DNA from: Sphingomonas sp.
GTDB taxonomy: Bacteria > Pseudomonadota > Alphaproteobacteria > Sphingomonadales > Sphingomonadaceae
Reading direction: 5' to 3'
NCBI GenBank assembly: GCA_003248865.1
Contig: QFPK01000005.1
Coordinates: 95,465-159,464, forward strand
DNA length: 64,000 nt
The notes beneath the pieces are model-generated. The model did not search any database, had not been told where the DNA came from, and worked only from the letters and a program-made list of their open reading frames with translations. Of the stretch, positions 19,489-30,079 are shown piece after piece. A program made the position numbers and the translations under genes. How positions within the stretch are numbered: position 1 is the first letter of the stretch; every line of letters starts with the position of its first letter.

Positions 19489-20686
19489 TATCGGGTTCTG
19501 ATGCAGGCGCCTCGGGCGCGGGCGTTCCCGCCAGCTGCCGCATGCGCATCTTGCCGTTGGAGACCGAGAAGCCCAGCCGGCCTTCCACCAGCGCCAGCGC
19601 GTCCTCGCCGAACAGCTGACGGCGCCAGCCGTCCAGGATGGGCAGGCCGTCGCGGGCGCCGGCGGCAAGCGCTTCCATCTCGTCTGCCCGGGCGATCAGC
19701 CGCGGCGCAACGCTGGATTCCTTGGCGCGGACTTTCAGCAGCAGCTTCAGCAGGTCTGCGATGAGCGAGGCATCGGTTGAAAGGCCGGGGCGGTTTTCCT
19801 TCGGCGGCATTTCCGAATCCGGTAGCGGTTCCGCCGACGCGATGGCCGCCAGCAGCCGCTGGCCGATGGCATTGCCAGCCCAGGTGGGGGAGAGGCCGCG
19901 CACCCGCGCCAGATCGGCCTGGGCAGTGGGCGGGGCGGCCGCGAGATCAGCGAGAGTCTCGTCTTTCACGATGCGGCCGCGCGGCACATTCTTGTCGCGC
20001 GCTTCCAGTTCGCGCCAGCGCGCCAGCGCCTTAAGCCGCCCCAGCACCTCGGGCTTGCGGTTGGGGAGCTTCAGCCGGAGCCAGGCGGTGTCCGGGTTCA
20101 CCACATAGTTTGACGGGTCCGACAGGCGGGCCATTTCCTCGTCCAGCCATTCGCCGCGGCCGGTCTTGATCAGCCGGTTCAGCATCTTGGGGAACAGCTG
20201 GGAGAGGTAGGTGACGTCTCCGATGGCATAATGAATCTGCCGGTCGGACAGCGGGCGACGGGCCCAGTCGGTGAAGCGGGCGCCCTTGTCGATCTGCTGG
20301 CCGGTGAAATGAGCGACGAGATTGGCGTAGCTGACCTGTTCGCCCATGCCCATCGCCATGGCTGCGATCTGGGTGTCGAACAGCGGGAAGGGCACTTTCC
20401 CGCTGAGATTCATGAAGATTTCGATGTCCTGACCGCCCGCGTGCAGCACTTTCAGGATCGAGTCGTCGGCCAGAAGGTCCAGAAACGGCTTGAGATCGAG
20501 GCCGTCGGCCAGCGGATCGACGGCAAAAGCCTCTTCCGGGGAGGCCAGCTGGATCAGGCAAAGCTCTGGATAATAAGTGTTTTCCCGCATGAACTCGGTA
20601 TCGACGCAGACCACGTCATGGGCCTTCAGGCGCTCGGTGAGGCGAGCGAGTGTCTCTGTGTCTGTGACAAGCGGGTGAATCTTCAT
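19382..20686 (-). CDS. rnd: ribonuclease D with a low-complexity C-terminal tail
   Basis: 434 aa from MKIHPLVTDTETLARL with DEDD 3'-5' exonuclease motifs (VDTEF, HAGGQDIE, YAIGDV) and an HRDC-like region. ATG at 20686. The rest of the listed 19382..22531 ORF is antisense shadow. Confidence 0.88.
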   Translation of the reverse strand: MKIHPLVTDTETLARLTERLKAHDVVCVDTEFMRENTYYPELCLIQLASPEEAFAVDPLADGLDLKPFLDLLADDSILKVLHAGGQDIEIFMNLSGKVPFPLFDTQIAAMAMGMGEQVSYANLVAHFTGQQIDKGARFTDWARRPLSDRQIHYAIGDVTYLSQLFPKMLNRLIKTGRGEWLDEEMARLSDPSNYVVNPDTAWLRLKLPNRKPEVLGRLKALARWRELEARDKNVPRGRIVKDETLADLAAAPPTAQADLARVRGLSPTWAGNAIGQRLLAAIASAEPLPDSEMPPKENRPGLSTDASLIADLLKLLLKVRAKESSVAPRLIARADEMEALAAGARDGLPILDGWRRQLFGEDALALVEGRLGFSVSNGKMRMRQLAGTPAPEAPASEPDISPDEASAPAPAPAPDSDAVVAPVRRRAPRRRAEG

Positions 20687-20752
20687 GGAAGCCCGATAGC
20701 CTGAGGATGCGCGCTTGACAAAAGGGTGCCCTTTGCCCTTGACCCCCGCCCC

Positions 20753-22555
20753 ATGAGCACCAACACCCAACATGCGTATCGCACCCATCATTGTGCCGAA
20801 CTGACGGCCGCGAATGTCGGCGAAACTGTCCGCCTCTCCGGCTGGATTCACCGCAAGCGCGACCATGGCGGCGTGCTGTTCATCGACCTGCGCGACCATC
20901 ATGGCCTGACTCAGCTGGTGGCGGCGGCCGGTTCGCCGTTCCTGCCCCAGCTGGACGGGCTGCGGCTGGAATCGGTGGTGACCATCGACGGCGAAGTCGT
21001 GGCCCGCAGCGAAGGCACCGTGAACCCGAACCTGCCCACCGGCGCAATCGAGGTGCGTGTGCGGGGCGTGACCGTGCAATCCGAAGCGGCCGAGCTGCCG
21101 CTGCCGGTGGCGGGCGAAGCGGAATATCCCGAGGATATCCGCCTGCGCTACCGCTTCCTCGACCTGCGCCGGGAACGGCTGCACAAGAATATCGTGCTGC
21201 GCTCCAAGGTGATTTCCAGCCTGCGGCAGCGCATGCAGGCGCAGGGCTTCACCGAATATCAGACGCCGATCCTGACCGCCTCTTCGCCGGAAGGGGCGCG
21301 GGACTTTCTGGTGCCGAGCCGCCTGCATCCGGGCAAATTCTATGCGCTTCCGCAGGCGCCGCAGATGTTCAAGCAGCTGCTGATGGTGGCGGGCTTCGAC
21401 CGTTACTTCCAGATCGCGCCCTGCTTCCGCGATGAGGATGCGCGGGCGGATCGTTCCCCCGGGGAGTTTTACCAGCTCGACTTCGAGATGAGCTTCGTGA
21501 CGCAGGAAGATGTGTTCCAGGCGATCGAGCCGGTGCTGGCGGGCGTGTTCGCGGAATTCGCGGGCTGGAACCGGGACAAGCCCTGGGAGGTGACCAGCGG
21601 CGCCTTCCCGCGGATTCCCTATCGCGACTCCATGCTGAAATACGGCAACGACAAGCCCGACCTGAGGAACCCGCTGCTGATCAGCGATGTGTCCGATCAT
21701 TTCCGCACGTCCGGCTTTGGCCTGTTCGAGAAGATCGTGGGCTCGGGCGGTGTGGTGCGTGCCATTCCGGCGCCGAACACTGCGGACAAGAGCCGCAAAT
21801 TCTTCGACGACATGAACGAATGGGCCCGCAGCGAAGGCCATGCGGGGCTTGGCTATGTGACGCGCAAGGGCGGCGAATTCGGCGGCCCGATCGCCAAGAA
21901 CCATGGCACCGAGGGCATGGAAGCCATTTATGCCCAGCTGGGGCTGGGGCCGGACGATGGGCTGTTCTTCGCAGCCGGCAAGGAATTGCCTGCCGCGAAG
22001 CTGGCCGGTTTCGCGCGCACCCGCGTGGGCGAGCAGCTGGGGCTGATCGAGCAGGGCGCCTATAAATTCTGCTGGATCGTGGATTTCCCCATGTTCGAGG
22101 CGGACGAGGAAACCGGCAAGATCGATTTCAGCCACAACCCCTTCTCCATGCCGCAGGGCGAGATGGATGCGCTGGTCAGCAAGGATCCGCTGGAGATCCT
22201 GGCGTATCAGTATGACATCGTCTGCAACGGGGTGGAGCTGTCCTCCGGCGCGATCCGGAACCACAAGCCCGAGATCATGTACAAGGCGTTCGAAATCGCC
22301 GGCTACACGCAGGAGCAGGTGGACACGAACTTCCCCGGCATGATCAACGCCTTCAAATATGGCGCGCCGCCGCACGGCGGCTCCGCGCCGGGCGTGGACC
22401 GGATCGTGATGCTGATCGCGGACGAGCCCAACATCCGCGAAGTCACGCTGTTCCCGCTGAACCAGAAGGCGGAAGACCTGATGATGAACGCGCCGTCTGC
22501 CGTGAGCGAGAAGCAGCTGCGCGAACTGCATATCCAGCCGCGCAAGCCGGCGTAA
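20753..22555 (+). CDS. aspS: aspartate--tRNA ligase
   Basis: 600 aa from [17 protein letters not shown] with [38 protein letters not shown]. Confidence 0.95.
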   Translation: MSTNTQHAYRTHHCAELTAANVGETVRLSGWIHRKRDHGGVLFIDLRDHHGLTQLVAAAGSPFLPQLDGLRLESVVTIDGEVVARSEGTVNPNLPTGAIEVRVRGVTVQSEAAELPLPVAGEAEYPEDIRLRYRFLDLRRERLHKNIVLRSKVISSLRQRMQAQGFTEYQTPILTASSPEGARDFLVPSRLHPGKFYALPQAPQMFKQLLMVAGFDRYFQIAPCFRDEDARADRSPGEFYQLDFEMSFVTQEDVFQAIEPVLAGVFAEFAGWNRDKPWEVTSGAFPRIPYRDSMLKYGNDKPDLRNPLLISDVSDHFRTSGFGLFEKIVGSGGVVRAIPAPNTADKSRKFFDDMNEWARSEGHAGLGYVTRKGGEFGGPIAKNHGTEGMEAIYAQLGLGPDDGLFFAAGKELPAAKLAGFARTRVGEQLGLIEQGAYKFCWIVDFPMFEADEETGKIDFSHNPFSMPQGEMDALVSKDPLEILAYQYDIVCNGVELSSGAIRNHKPEIMYKAFEIAGYTQEQVDTNFPGMINAFKYGAPPHGGSAPGVDRIVMLIADEPNIREVTLFPLNQKAEDLMMNAPSAVSEKQLRELHIQPRKPA

Positions 22556-22579
22556 GGCGTATCGCAGAACGGAGATGTG

Positions 22580-22612
22580 AAAAGGGCGGGGTTTTCACCC
22601 CGCCCTTTTTCA
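22580..22612. terminator. strong bidirectional rho-independent terminator
   Basis: AAAAGGGCGGGGT-tttc-ACCCCGCCCTTTTT sits between aspS (+) and the redoxin gene (-). Confidence 0.8.
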
Positions 22613-22630
22613 TTTCGGCCCGGTTCGGGA

Positions 22631-23227
22631 TCAGTATTTGACGGAGCAGCCGTAGGGCTTGCTGGTCGGCGTGCCCACCGCCTTGCCGGCCTTCACATCT
22701 GCCAGCGCCAGCTTCACCAGCGGGTCCGCCTTGGCGATATCGGCCGGGTTGGCGCTGGGAATGCTGTCGATGCCGCCGGCGTAGGCCAGCGTGCCGTCGG
22801 GTGCGACCACGAACATGTGCGGCGTAGTGCGGGCGCCATAGGCCTGGCCGATGGTGCCGCCCGCATCCAGCAGATAGGCGGTGGACTGGGTGCCTTGCTG
22901 GCGGATTTTCGCATTGGCTTCAGTGCCCGTCACATGGCCCTGCTTGCCCGGCGCGCCCGAGTTGATCGTCAGCCAGACGGCGCCATCCTTGCGGGCCTGC
23001 GCCTGCAGCTTCTGCATGTCTCCGCCGGAATAATATTTCTGCACGAAGGGGCATTCGGCGTTGGTCCATTCCAGCACCACCGGCTTGCCCTTGAAATCGG
23101 ACAGGCTGACGGTGCGGCCGTTGGAATCCGTGGCGGTGAAGGCCGGGGCGGGTTGGCCCACGACTGCGGCTGCCAGTGCCGGGGCGGCAATGACGAGTGC
23201 GGCTGCTGCAAACAGGGGCTTCATCAT
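22631..23227 (-). CDS. periplasmic thioredoxin-fold (redoxin) protein
   Basis: Has a signal peptide (MMKPLFAAAALVIAAPALA) and the WTNAECPFVQKYY motif. ATG at 23227 is preceded by GGAGA. Confidence 0.7.
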   Translation of the reverse strand: MMKPLFAAAALVIAAPALAAAVVGQPAPAFTATDSNGRTVSLSDFKGKPVVLEWTNAECPFVQKYYSGGDMQKLQAQARKDGAVWLTINSGAPGKQGHVTGTEANAKIRQQGTQSTAYLLDAGGTIGQAYGARTTPHMFVVAPDGTLAYAGGIDSIPSANPADIAKADPLVKLALADVKAGKAVGTPTSKPYGCSVKY

Positions 23228-23256
23228 GGTCGTCTCCTTCTTGAACATCTTTTGTA

Positions 23257-25347
23257 TCAGCCGGCTGATGAACCGGGGGTTGCAAGCCCGGTAAGCGTGC
23301 CGACCGTCAGGATCTGCGGCAATTCGGTGATGGTGCCATCGCTGCCGTAGAAAAGGTAGAGCGGGATACCGGCGCGGCCGCGTTCTTCCAGGAAGCGGGC
23401 GATGGCCGGGTCCGGTCGTGTCCAGTCACCCACCATCACCTGGATGCCGGCTTTGCGGAAGGTTTCGGCCACGGCCGGGTCCGACAGGGCGCCCTTTTCG
23501 TTCACCTTGCACGTCAGGCACCAGTCTGCGGTGAAATAGAGGAAGGTGGGTTTCCGTTCGGATTGCGCGCGGGCGATGGCCTCGGGGGAGAAGGCTGTGG
23601 CGGACAGGCCTTCGGGGCCGGGGTCGGCCGTGAGGCCGCCGTCGTCGGTGGCGAAGGCGCCCAGTGCCAGCGGAGAGAGCAGCGCGAGCAGGGCGGCCAG
23701 CGAGATGGTGATGACGACGGAGGCCTGCTTCTGCTGGCGAAGGCCAAGGATCCACAACATGATGGCCAGCATGAGCGAGAGCGTGAGGCCGGTGATGAGC
23801 GCGTTCAGCCCGGCCTGACGCCCCAGCACCCAGGCCAGCGCCAGTGCGGTGAGGAACATGGGGACGGCGAGGATGCGGCGGAAATTCTGCATCCAGGGGC
23901 CGGGCTTCGGCAGGCGACGGCGGAGTGCGGGGATGAAGCCGATGGCGAGGAAGGGCAGCGCCAGGCCGAAGCCGAGGCCTGCGAACACTGCGACCCCGGC
24001 GGCGGGTGGCAGCACGAGCGCCGCGCCGAGCGCGCCTGCCATGAAGGGGCCGGTGCAGGGGGTGGCGACGAAGGCGGCGAGCGCGCCGGTGAAGAAGGCG
24101 CCCTTCGAACCGGGTTTCGACGCGAGGCCGGAGCCGATGTTGGAGGTGCCGAGATTGACTTCGAAGAGGCCCGCGAAATTGAGCCCGATCGTCAGCGTGA
24201 GCAGCATCAGGAACAGGATAACGCGCGGGTCCTGCAGCTGGAACGCCCAGCCCGCGCCCGCACCTGCGGCGGCAATGGCGATGGCTGCGATGCCCAGCAG
24301 CGTGGTGACGAGCATGACGCCGCCGGTATAGGCGAGACCCTCCGCGCGGGCATGGGCCTGAGATTCCCCCGATTTGGCGAGGCTGAGTGCCTTCAGGCTG
24401 AGGATGGGGAAGACGCAGGGCATCAGGTTCAAAAGAAGGCCGCCGAGGATGGCGAGGCCGAGCGCGGGCCAGAAGGCGGCCATAGAGGCCGTTCTGCTCT
24501 TGCTGCCGAGCGGTTCTCCGCTGGGCACCGTGCCGGGGCTGGCGCTGAGGCTGAGGCCCATCACTTGCCTGTCGCGTTCGATGCGCAGCACGCCCGGAAC
24601 GGCCGTGGGGGTCATTCCCGGCACGGCGTCGGCCTCGATCACCAGCGAATTTTCCGTGCGGCTGACGGTTTGCGGGGCGGCGAACAGGAAGCTGTCGTCC
24701 CCGCCGGCGAAGAAATGGGCTGCCGTGACGGAGCCCGGGTCTGCGAAGGGGATGTTCAGGCGGATGCGCTTGCCGTCGGTCGCGAAGCTGGCTGGTTCGG
24801 CAAGCTGGCGGGGGAGAGCTGCCCGGGCCTCGTCGAAATTCGCCCGTTGTGCGGGATCGGCCGCGCCGTCGCCGATGGGAAGGGTGAGGTCAAGATCGGC
24901 GCCTTCAGGGATGCAGATCTTGTCGTCGCACACCAGCCAGTCGATGCGGCCTTTCAGCGGAAGCTCGCCGCTGGCGCCCTGCGGCACGGTGACGTCTGCG
25001 AGGAGGGTGTTCTTCTCGCCATAGACATGGTTCATCAGCCCGGCGACGACATAGGTCTTCGGCACGGGATAGCGGAAGGCCGAGACGGTGACGCCCTTGG
25101 GCAGGGTCCATTCGGCGCGGGTGGCCATGCCGCTGTCACCGGGATTTTCCCAATAGGTGTGCCAGCCGGGCTTCGGCGTCATCACCAGCCCGATGGTGAA
25201 GCGCTGGCCGGGCGCGGGGGCTTTGGCCTCGCTGATCAGTTCGACGCTGGTGTTTTCGAGATGCGCGCTGCTGGCGGCGAGGGCCGGACCATGGAGCATG
25301 GGGGCAGCGAGGAGGGCGGCGAACGCGAGGAGCAGGCGGGCAAGCAT
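23257..25347 (-). CDS. dsbD: DsbD-family thiol:disulfide interchange (protein-disulfide reductase) protein
   Basis: 696 aa with a periplasmic N-domain, multi-TM core (LNLMPCVFPILSLK, ATPCTGPF) and a C-terminal thioredoxin domain (FTADWCLTCK). Confidence 0.85.
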   Translation of the reverse strand: MLARLLLAFAALLAAPMLHGPALAASSAHLENTSVELISEAKAPAPGQRFTIGLVMTPKPGWHTYWENPGDSGMATRAEWTLPKGVTVSAFRYPVPKTYVVAGLMNHVYGEKNTLLADVTVPQGASGELPLKGRIDWLVCDDKICIPEGADLDLTLPIGDGAADPAQRANFDEARAALPRQLAEPASFATDGKRIRLNIPFADPGSVTAAHFFAGGDDSFLFAAPQTVSRTENSLVIEADAVPGMTPTAVPGVLRIERDRQVMGLSLSASPGTVPSGEPLGSKSRTASMAAFWPALGLAILGGLLLNLMPCVFPILSLKALSLAKSGESQAHARAEGLAYTGGVMLVTTLLGIAAIAIAAAGAGAGWAFQLQDPRVILFLMLLTLTIGLNFAGLFEVNLGTSNIGSGLASKPGSKGAFFTGALAAFVATPCTGPFMAGALGAALVLPPAAGVAVFAGLGFGLALPFLAIGFIPALRRRLPKPGPWMQNFRRILAVPMFLTALALAWVLGRQAGLNALITGLTLSLMLAIMLWILGLRQQKQASVVITISLAALLALLSPLALGAFATDDGGLTADPGPEGLSATAFSPEAIARAQSERKPTFLYFTADWCLTCKVNEKGALSDPAVAETFRKAGIQVMVGDWTRPDPAIARFLEERGRAGIPLYLFYGSDGTITELPQILTVGTLTGLATPGSSAG

Positions 25348-25536
25348 CGGCGCCTGTTTAGGGGAGGGGGCGCGGCGGGGGAAGGGTGGTTGCGGCCGGC
25401 TGTGGGCGGGGTGGGTTGGCGGTGGGGCGACTCCGGGCGGGCTGAGCCCGCCCGGGCGCTGGGGTTGGATGCCAAAGAAGGGAAGGAAGCAGGAAGAAGG
25501 AGGGGGCGCGGCAAAGCCGCGCCGTCGGACACGCAG

Positions 25537-25566
25537 AAAAGGCGGGGTTGAGGCCCCGCCTTTTCT
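25537..25566 (-). terminator. rho-independent terminator downstream of rplM-rpsI
   Basis: AAAAGGCGGGG-ttgag-GCCCCGCCTTTT with T-runs on both strands. Confidence 0.7.
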
Positions 25567-25643
25567 CGTGCCGTCCGATCGCGCACGCGAGTCCGTGGGC
25601 CTTCCCGGGATTGCTGCGCAATCCCGGTCCAGGCCACGGCCGC

Positions 25644-26228
25644 TTAGCGCTTGGAGAACTGGAAGCTACGACGTGCCTTGGCCTTGCCGTACTTCTTCCG
25701 CTCGACCGCGCGGCTGTCGCGGGTCAGGAAGCCGGCCTGCTTCACCGCAGTGCGCAGGGTCGGTTCGTAACGGGTCAGCGCCTGGGCGATGCCGTGCTTC
25801 ACGGCGCCGGCCTGGCCGGAGAGGCCGCCGCCGACGACGGTGGCGACGACGTCATATTGTTCACGGCGCTCGGCCACGTCGAACGGCTGGTTGATCACCA
25901 GACGCAGCGTGGGGCGGGCGAAATAGACGGTCTGGTCACGGCCGTTGACGATGATCTTGCCGGTGCCGGGCTTCAGCCACACGCGGGCCACGGCATCCTT
26001 CCGACGACCGGTCGCATAGGCGCGGCCGAACTTGTCCAGGATCTGCGGGCGCAGCGCGACGGGTTCGGCCTGAACCGGAGCCGGCGCGGTTTCCACGGCG
26101 GGAGCGGCGACGGCGGCGGGCGCCGCAGGCGCCGGGGCGGCGGCTTCGGACTGCTGCAGCTTCGCGAGGTCCGCGAGGCTCATGCGGGAATCCTGGAAGC
26201 CCTGCTCTTCGGTGTTGTTATCGCTCAT
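25644..26228 (-). CDS. rpsI: 30S ribosomal protein S9 with a ~60-aa Ala/Pro-rich N-terminal extension
   Basis: C-terminal core [25 protein letters not shown]...[19 protein letters not shown]...[23 protein letters not shown] overlap with the rplM stop. Confidence 0.9.
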   Translation of the reverse strand: MSDNNTEEQGFQDSRMSLADLAKLQQSEAAAPAPAAPAAVAAPAVETAPAPVQAEPVALRPQILDKFGRAYATGRRKDAVARVWLKPGTGKIIVNGRDQTVYFARPTLRLVINQPFDVAERREQYDVVATVVGGGLSGQAGAVKHGIAQALTRYEPTLRTAVKQAGFLTRDSRAVERKKYGKAKARRSFQFSKR

Positions 26229-26701
26229 TGCGCGGCAACCTTATTCTTGCGGTTCATCGAGGCGACATCGAGCACCTCGGGGTTTTGCGCGGCATGGGGA
26301 TGCTCGCTGCCGGCGAAGACGCGCAGGTTGCGCATCTGCTGGCGGCCGAGCGGACCACGCGGCACCATGCGTTCCACGGCCTTTTCAAGGACGCGCTCCG
26401 GGAAGCGGCCTTCCAACACCTTGTCGGCGCGGACTTCCTTGATGCCGCCGGCATAGCCGGTGTGGCGGTAGTACATCTTCTGCGAGGCCTTGCGGCCCGT
26501 GAAGCGCACCTTTTCCGCGTTGATGACGATGACATTGTCACCGCAATCGACGTGCGGGGTGAAGCTGGCCTTGTGCTTGCCGCGCAGGCGGTTGGCGACG
26601 ATGGAAGCCAGACGGCCGACGACGAGACCGTCGGCATCGATCAGGATCCACTTCTTTTCGACCTCGGCGGGTTTCGCCGAGGCAGTGGTGCGGGTGAGCA
26701 T
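26225..26701 (-). CDS. rplM: 50S ribosomal protein L13
   Basis: 158 aa: [50 protein letters not shown] at 26701. Confidence 0.93.
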   Translation of the reverse strand: MLTRTTASAKPAEVEKKWILIDADGLVVGRLASIVANRLRGKHKASFTPHVDCGDNVIVINAEKVRFTGRKASQKMYYRHTGYAGGIKEVRADKVLEGRFPERVLEKAVERMVPRGPLGRQQMRNLRVFAGSEHPHAAQNPEVLDVASMNRKNKVAAQ

Positions 26702-26828
26702 CGCTTGTCCTTGGATTGCAGATATGTTGTTCAGGGGTGCGCCCCTAGGGCAAGGCATGGGAAAAGGCAAGGAAATGACGTGTGGTATTTTCATACCGCA
26801 TGTTGGCGAAGCCCATCGGTCGGGGTGA

Positions 26829-28085
26829 TCAGGGCCTGTTCTTTGCTCTGCCCGTGAGCAGGCGGGCACCGCGCCCATAGGTGAACCAGGCCCAGGACCA
26901 GTTCATATAGACCATGACCCTGCTGCGGAAATCGACAAGCAGCATGAGGTGCACGAGAGACCACGCCAGCCAGGCCGGAAACCCCTTCAGCTGGAACCGG
27001 CCGAAATCGGCGATGGCGCGTGAGCGGCCGATGATGGCCATGGTGCCGAGGTTGCGATAGCGGAAGGCGGGCGGGGGCGCCTTTCCGGCAACACGGGCCG
27101 CCAGCAGCCTGCCAACATATTTGCCCTGTTGTTTGGCGACGGGCGCGAGGCCGGGGAGCGGCTTGCCGTCACCGGAATCATGGCTGGCGACGTCCCCGAT
27201 CGCGAAGATGTTGGGGTGGCCGGGAACCGAGCAATCCGGCAGGACGCGGACCGCGCCGTTCCGGGCGGCCTCTGCACCCAGCCATTGCGCTGCGGGCCTT
27301 GCCTGCGTGCCCGCACACCACAGGACGTTGGCGGCCCGGATGCGCTCTTCGCCGAGCACGATGCCCTGATCGTCCACCAGCGATACGGCCTGACCCAGAC
27401 GAACATCGACGCCCAGCGACCGGAGCGCATCCGTCGCATAGGCGGGGAGGCCGGCGGGAAAGGCGTTCAGCACATTGTTGCCGGCTTCGCACAGGATGAT
27501 GCGGGCGGATTTCGGATCGATCCGCCGGAAGTCGCGCGCGAGGGTTGTCTGGGCGAGTTCGGCGATGGTACCCGCCAGTTCGACCCCTGTCGGCCCGCCG
27601 CCCACAACCACGAAGGTCATCAGGCGGCGTGCTTCCTGGGGATCAGTCGTCTGTTCGGCTTCCTCAAACGCGAGCAGCAGCCGTTCCCGGATATCGAGGG
27701 CGTCGTTCAGCGATTTCAGCACGCGGGCATGTCGAGCCCATTCGTCGTGGCCGAAGAAACTGTAGGCGGCCCCGGTTGCCAGCACGAGATAATCATAGGG
27801 GAGGGCGGTGCCGCCCCCCAGCAGGACGCTGCCCTTTTCACTGTCCAGCCCGGTCACTTCGGCCATCAGCACCCGCACGCCGTGATACCCCCGGATCAGT
27901 GCGCGGCTGGCCGTGGCGATATCCGCAGGCGACAGGGCCGCCGTTGCGACCTGATACAGCAGTGGCTGGAAGAGGTGGTGATTGGTCTGGTCAACCAGCG
28001 TGATGTCGGCCTGGGCGCCCTTCAACGCCCGCACCACTGCCATTCCGCCGAAACCTGCGCCGACGATGACGATCCTTGGGGCCAT
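26829..28085 (-). CDS. ndh: type II NADH:quinone oxidoreductase (NDH-2)
   Basis: [11 protein letters not shown] and [14 protein letters not shown] dinucleotide folds with a C-terminal membrane-anchor helix. ATG at 28085 (alternative 28121 would overlap ctaA by 32 nt). Confidence 0.85.
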   Translation of the reverse strand: MAPRIVIVGAGFGGMAVVRALKGAQADITLVDQTNHHLFQPLLYQVATAALSPADIATASRALIRGYHGVRVLMAEVTGLDSEKGSVLLGGGTALPYDYLVLATGAAYSFFGHDEWARHARVLKSLNDALDIRERLLLAFEEAEQTTDPQEARRLMTFVVVGGGPTGVELAGTIAELAQTTLARDFRRIDPKSARIILCEAGNNVLNAFPAGLPAYATDALRSLGVDVRLGQAVSLVDDQGIVLGEERIRAANVLWCAGTQARPAAQWLGAEAARNGAVRVLPDCSVPGHPNIFAIGDVASHDSGDGKPLPGLAPVAKQQGKYVGRLLAARVAGKAPPPAFRYRNLGTMAIIGRSRAIADFGRFQLKGFPAWLAWSLVHLMLLVDFRSRVMVYMNWSWAWFTYGRGARLLTGRAKNRP

Positions 28086-28089
28086 TTCG

Positions 28090-29130
28090 TCAGCGATTCC
28101 GCGATGGACGGCCTGCGGCATGCGCCCCCCACGCCGTGGCCGCGACCAGCAGTGCGCCGACGGCCTGGTGCAGCACGGCGAGCGTGATGTTCATGCCGGA
28201 CATCACCGTGGCGATGCCCAGCAGGATCTGGGTGCCGAAGGCGCTGTGGATTGCGATGGAGGCCGGGCGGCTGCCGGCCTTTCTGGCCGAGCGGGCCAGC
28301 AGGATCAGCACAGCCACCGCCACCCACGCCCACCAGCGGTGGATGAAGTGCACCAGATGCGGATCGTCCGACAGGCTGGAGAGGCCGAGGAACTGCGCAT
28401 TTTCCGGGAAGATATGGCCGTTCATCAGCGGCCATGTGTCTGACGCCCAGCCCGCGTTCAGCCCGGCGACCCACGCCCCGAACAGCAGCTGGATGAAGAG
28501 GATGACGGCGGTGACGGCGGCGAGCCGCGTGAGACGCGATGGACGCGCCGCCGGATCGGCGGCGAGCGCGCGCAGATCGAGCGCGGTCCAGATGAGGCCG
28601 GCCAGGATCAGCAGTGCGGTGAGCAGGTGCACGGCGAGGCGGTAGTGCGAGACATCGGTGCGTTCCGACAGGCCGGACGACACCATCCACCAGCCCACGG
28701 CGCCCTGCAGCCCGCCCAGCGCCAGCAGCGCGACGAGGCGCGGGCCATAGCCCCTGGGGATCGCGCGGCGCGCGGCAAACCAGATCAGCGGCAGCGCGAA
28801 GGCCATACCGATCAGGCGGCCCAGCAGGCGGTGCACCCATTCCCAGAAGAAGATGAACTTGAAATCCTGCAGGCTCATGCCCTGGTTCAGTTCCTTATAT
28901 TCCGGAATCTGCTGGTATTTCTGGAACTCGGCCATCCACTGCGCCTCGTTGAGCGGCGGGATGGCGCCGGTGATCGGCTTCCATTCGGTGATGGAGAGGC
29001 CGGATTCGGTGAGCCGGGTGATTCCACCCACCACCACCATCGCGAACACGAGCAGGGCAACCGCCAGAAGCCAGTTCGCGAGCAGGGCGGGGCGGGCGGT
29101 GGGGGGCGTGAAAATCCGGGGGCTGGTCAT
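28090..29130 (-). CDS. ctaA: heme A synthase (COX15/CtaA)
   Basis: 346 aa, multi-TM, with GGITRLTESGLSITEW and EWVHRLLGR motifs. Confidence 0.88.
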   Translation of the reverse strand: MTSPRIFTPPTARPALLANWLLAVALLVFAMVVVGGITRLTESGLSITEWKPITGAIPPLNEAQWMAEFQKYQQIPEYKELNQGMSLQDFKFIFFWEWVHRLLGRLIGMAFALPLIWFAARRAIPRGYGPRLVALLALGGLQGAVGWWMVSSGLSERTDVSHYRLAVHLLTALLILAGLIWTALDLRALAADPAARPSRLTRLAAVTAVILFIQLLFGAWVAGLNAGWASDTWPLMNGHIFPENAQFLGLSSLSDDPHLVHFIHRWWAWVAVAVLILLARSARKAGSRPASIAIHSAFGTQILLGIATVMSGMNITLAVLHQAVGALLVAATAWGAHAAGRPSRNR

Positions 29131-29221
29131 GACGGGCCTCCTTAAACCGGGCGGGCCTGCGGCAAAAGGGTGACCGGGGCCTCTTTCGGTTCGCCGACAA
29201 TCCGCCTAGGTTCGTCGCAGG

Positions 29222-30079
29222 ATGGAAAACGAAAAGACCCCAGAAAGCCAGCCGGCCCCGGCGGATGCCCCGGCCGTGTCGCAACCCCCGCGCGTTGATG
29301 TGCGCATGGACCTGCCCGGGGACGCGCCTGTTGCGCCCCCGCCCGTTTCCTACCCCGCGCCGCATGCGGCGGGGCAGCTGCCCGTGGGCTGGGAGTGGCC
29401 GTCTGTTCACCCCGAAGCCTGGAAATTTGCGCCCGTCGTCGGGGCGGTGGCGCTGGTGTTCTTCTTTTCCGGCTGGAGCCTCATCGCCTGGCCGCTGGTG
29501 GCGCTCGCGGTGTTCATCTGTGCCTTCTTCCGCGACCCGAAGCGTGCTTCTCCGGCGGGCGAGGGGCTGATCCTGTCTCCGGCGGACGGGCTGGTCAGCC
29601 AGATCATGACGGTGGAAGTGCCGCGCCAGCTGATCGGCGAAGGCGCGCTGTCTGCGGGGACCGCGACCCGCATCTCCGTCTTCATGTCGGTGTTCGACGT
29701 GCACATCAACCGGGCGCCGATCGCCGGCACCGTGACCAAGATGGCCTATGTGCCGGGCGCGTTCCTGAACGCCGATCTCGACAAGGCGAGCGAAGAGAAT
29801 GAGCGGCAATATTTCCTGATCGAGGGCGCCGACGGCACCAAGGTGGGCTTCACCCAGATCGCGGGGCTGATCGCGCGGCGGATCGTGGGCTTCGTGCGCG
29901 AAGGATCGGTGGTGGGCACCGGGCAGCGCGTGGGGCTGATCCGCTTCGGCAGTCGTGTCGATGTGTTCCTGCCTGAAGGCTATGCGCCGCAGGTGGTGAA
30001 GGGGCAGCGTGCAGTGGCCGGGGAAACCGTGCTGGCCGTGCGCGGCGCAGCCCCGGCCCGGCCCGGCCCGCTGCAATGA
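29222..30079 (+). CDS. psd: phosphatidylserine decarboxylase proenzyme
   Basis: FMSVFDVHINRAPIAG and the RFGSRVDV (G-S cleavage site) motifs, with a proline-rich N-terminal extension plus TM. Confidence 0.88.
   Translation: MENEKTPESQPAPADAPAVSQPPRVDVRMDLPGDAPVAPPPVSYPAPHAAGQLPVGWEWPSVHPEAWKFAPVVGAVALVFFFSGWSLIAWPLVALAVFICAFFRDPKRASPAGEGLILSPADGLVSQIMTVEVPRQLIGEGALSAGTATRISVFMSVFDVHINRAPIAGTVTKMAYVPGAFLNADLDKASEENERQYFLIEGADGTKVGFTQIAGLIARRIVGFVREGSVVGTGQRVGLIRFGSRVDVFLPEGYAPQVVKGQRAVAGETVLAVRGAAPARPGPLQ

Noticed and set aside
20687-22531. 5' two-thirds of the 1049-aa minus-strand ORF 19382..22531
   Set aside because: It is antisense to aspS with a low-complexity Arg/Gly/His-rich translation. 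Real coding starts at the rnd ATG at 20686.
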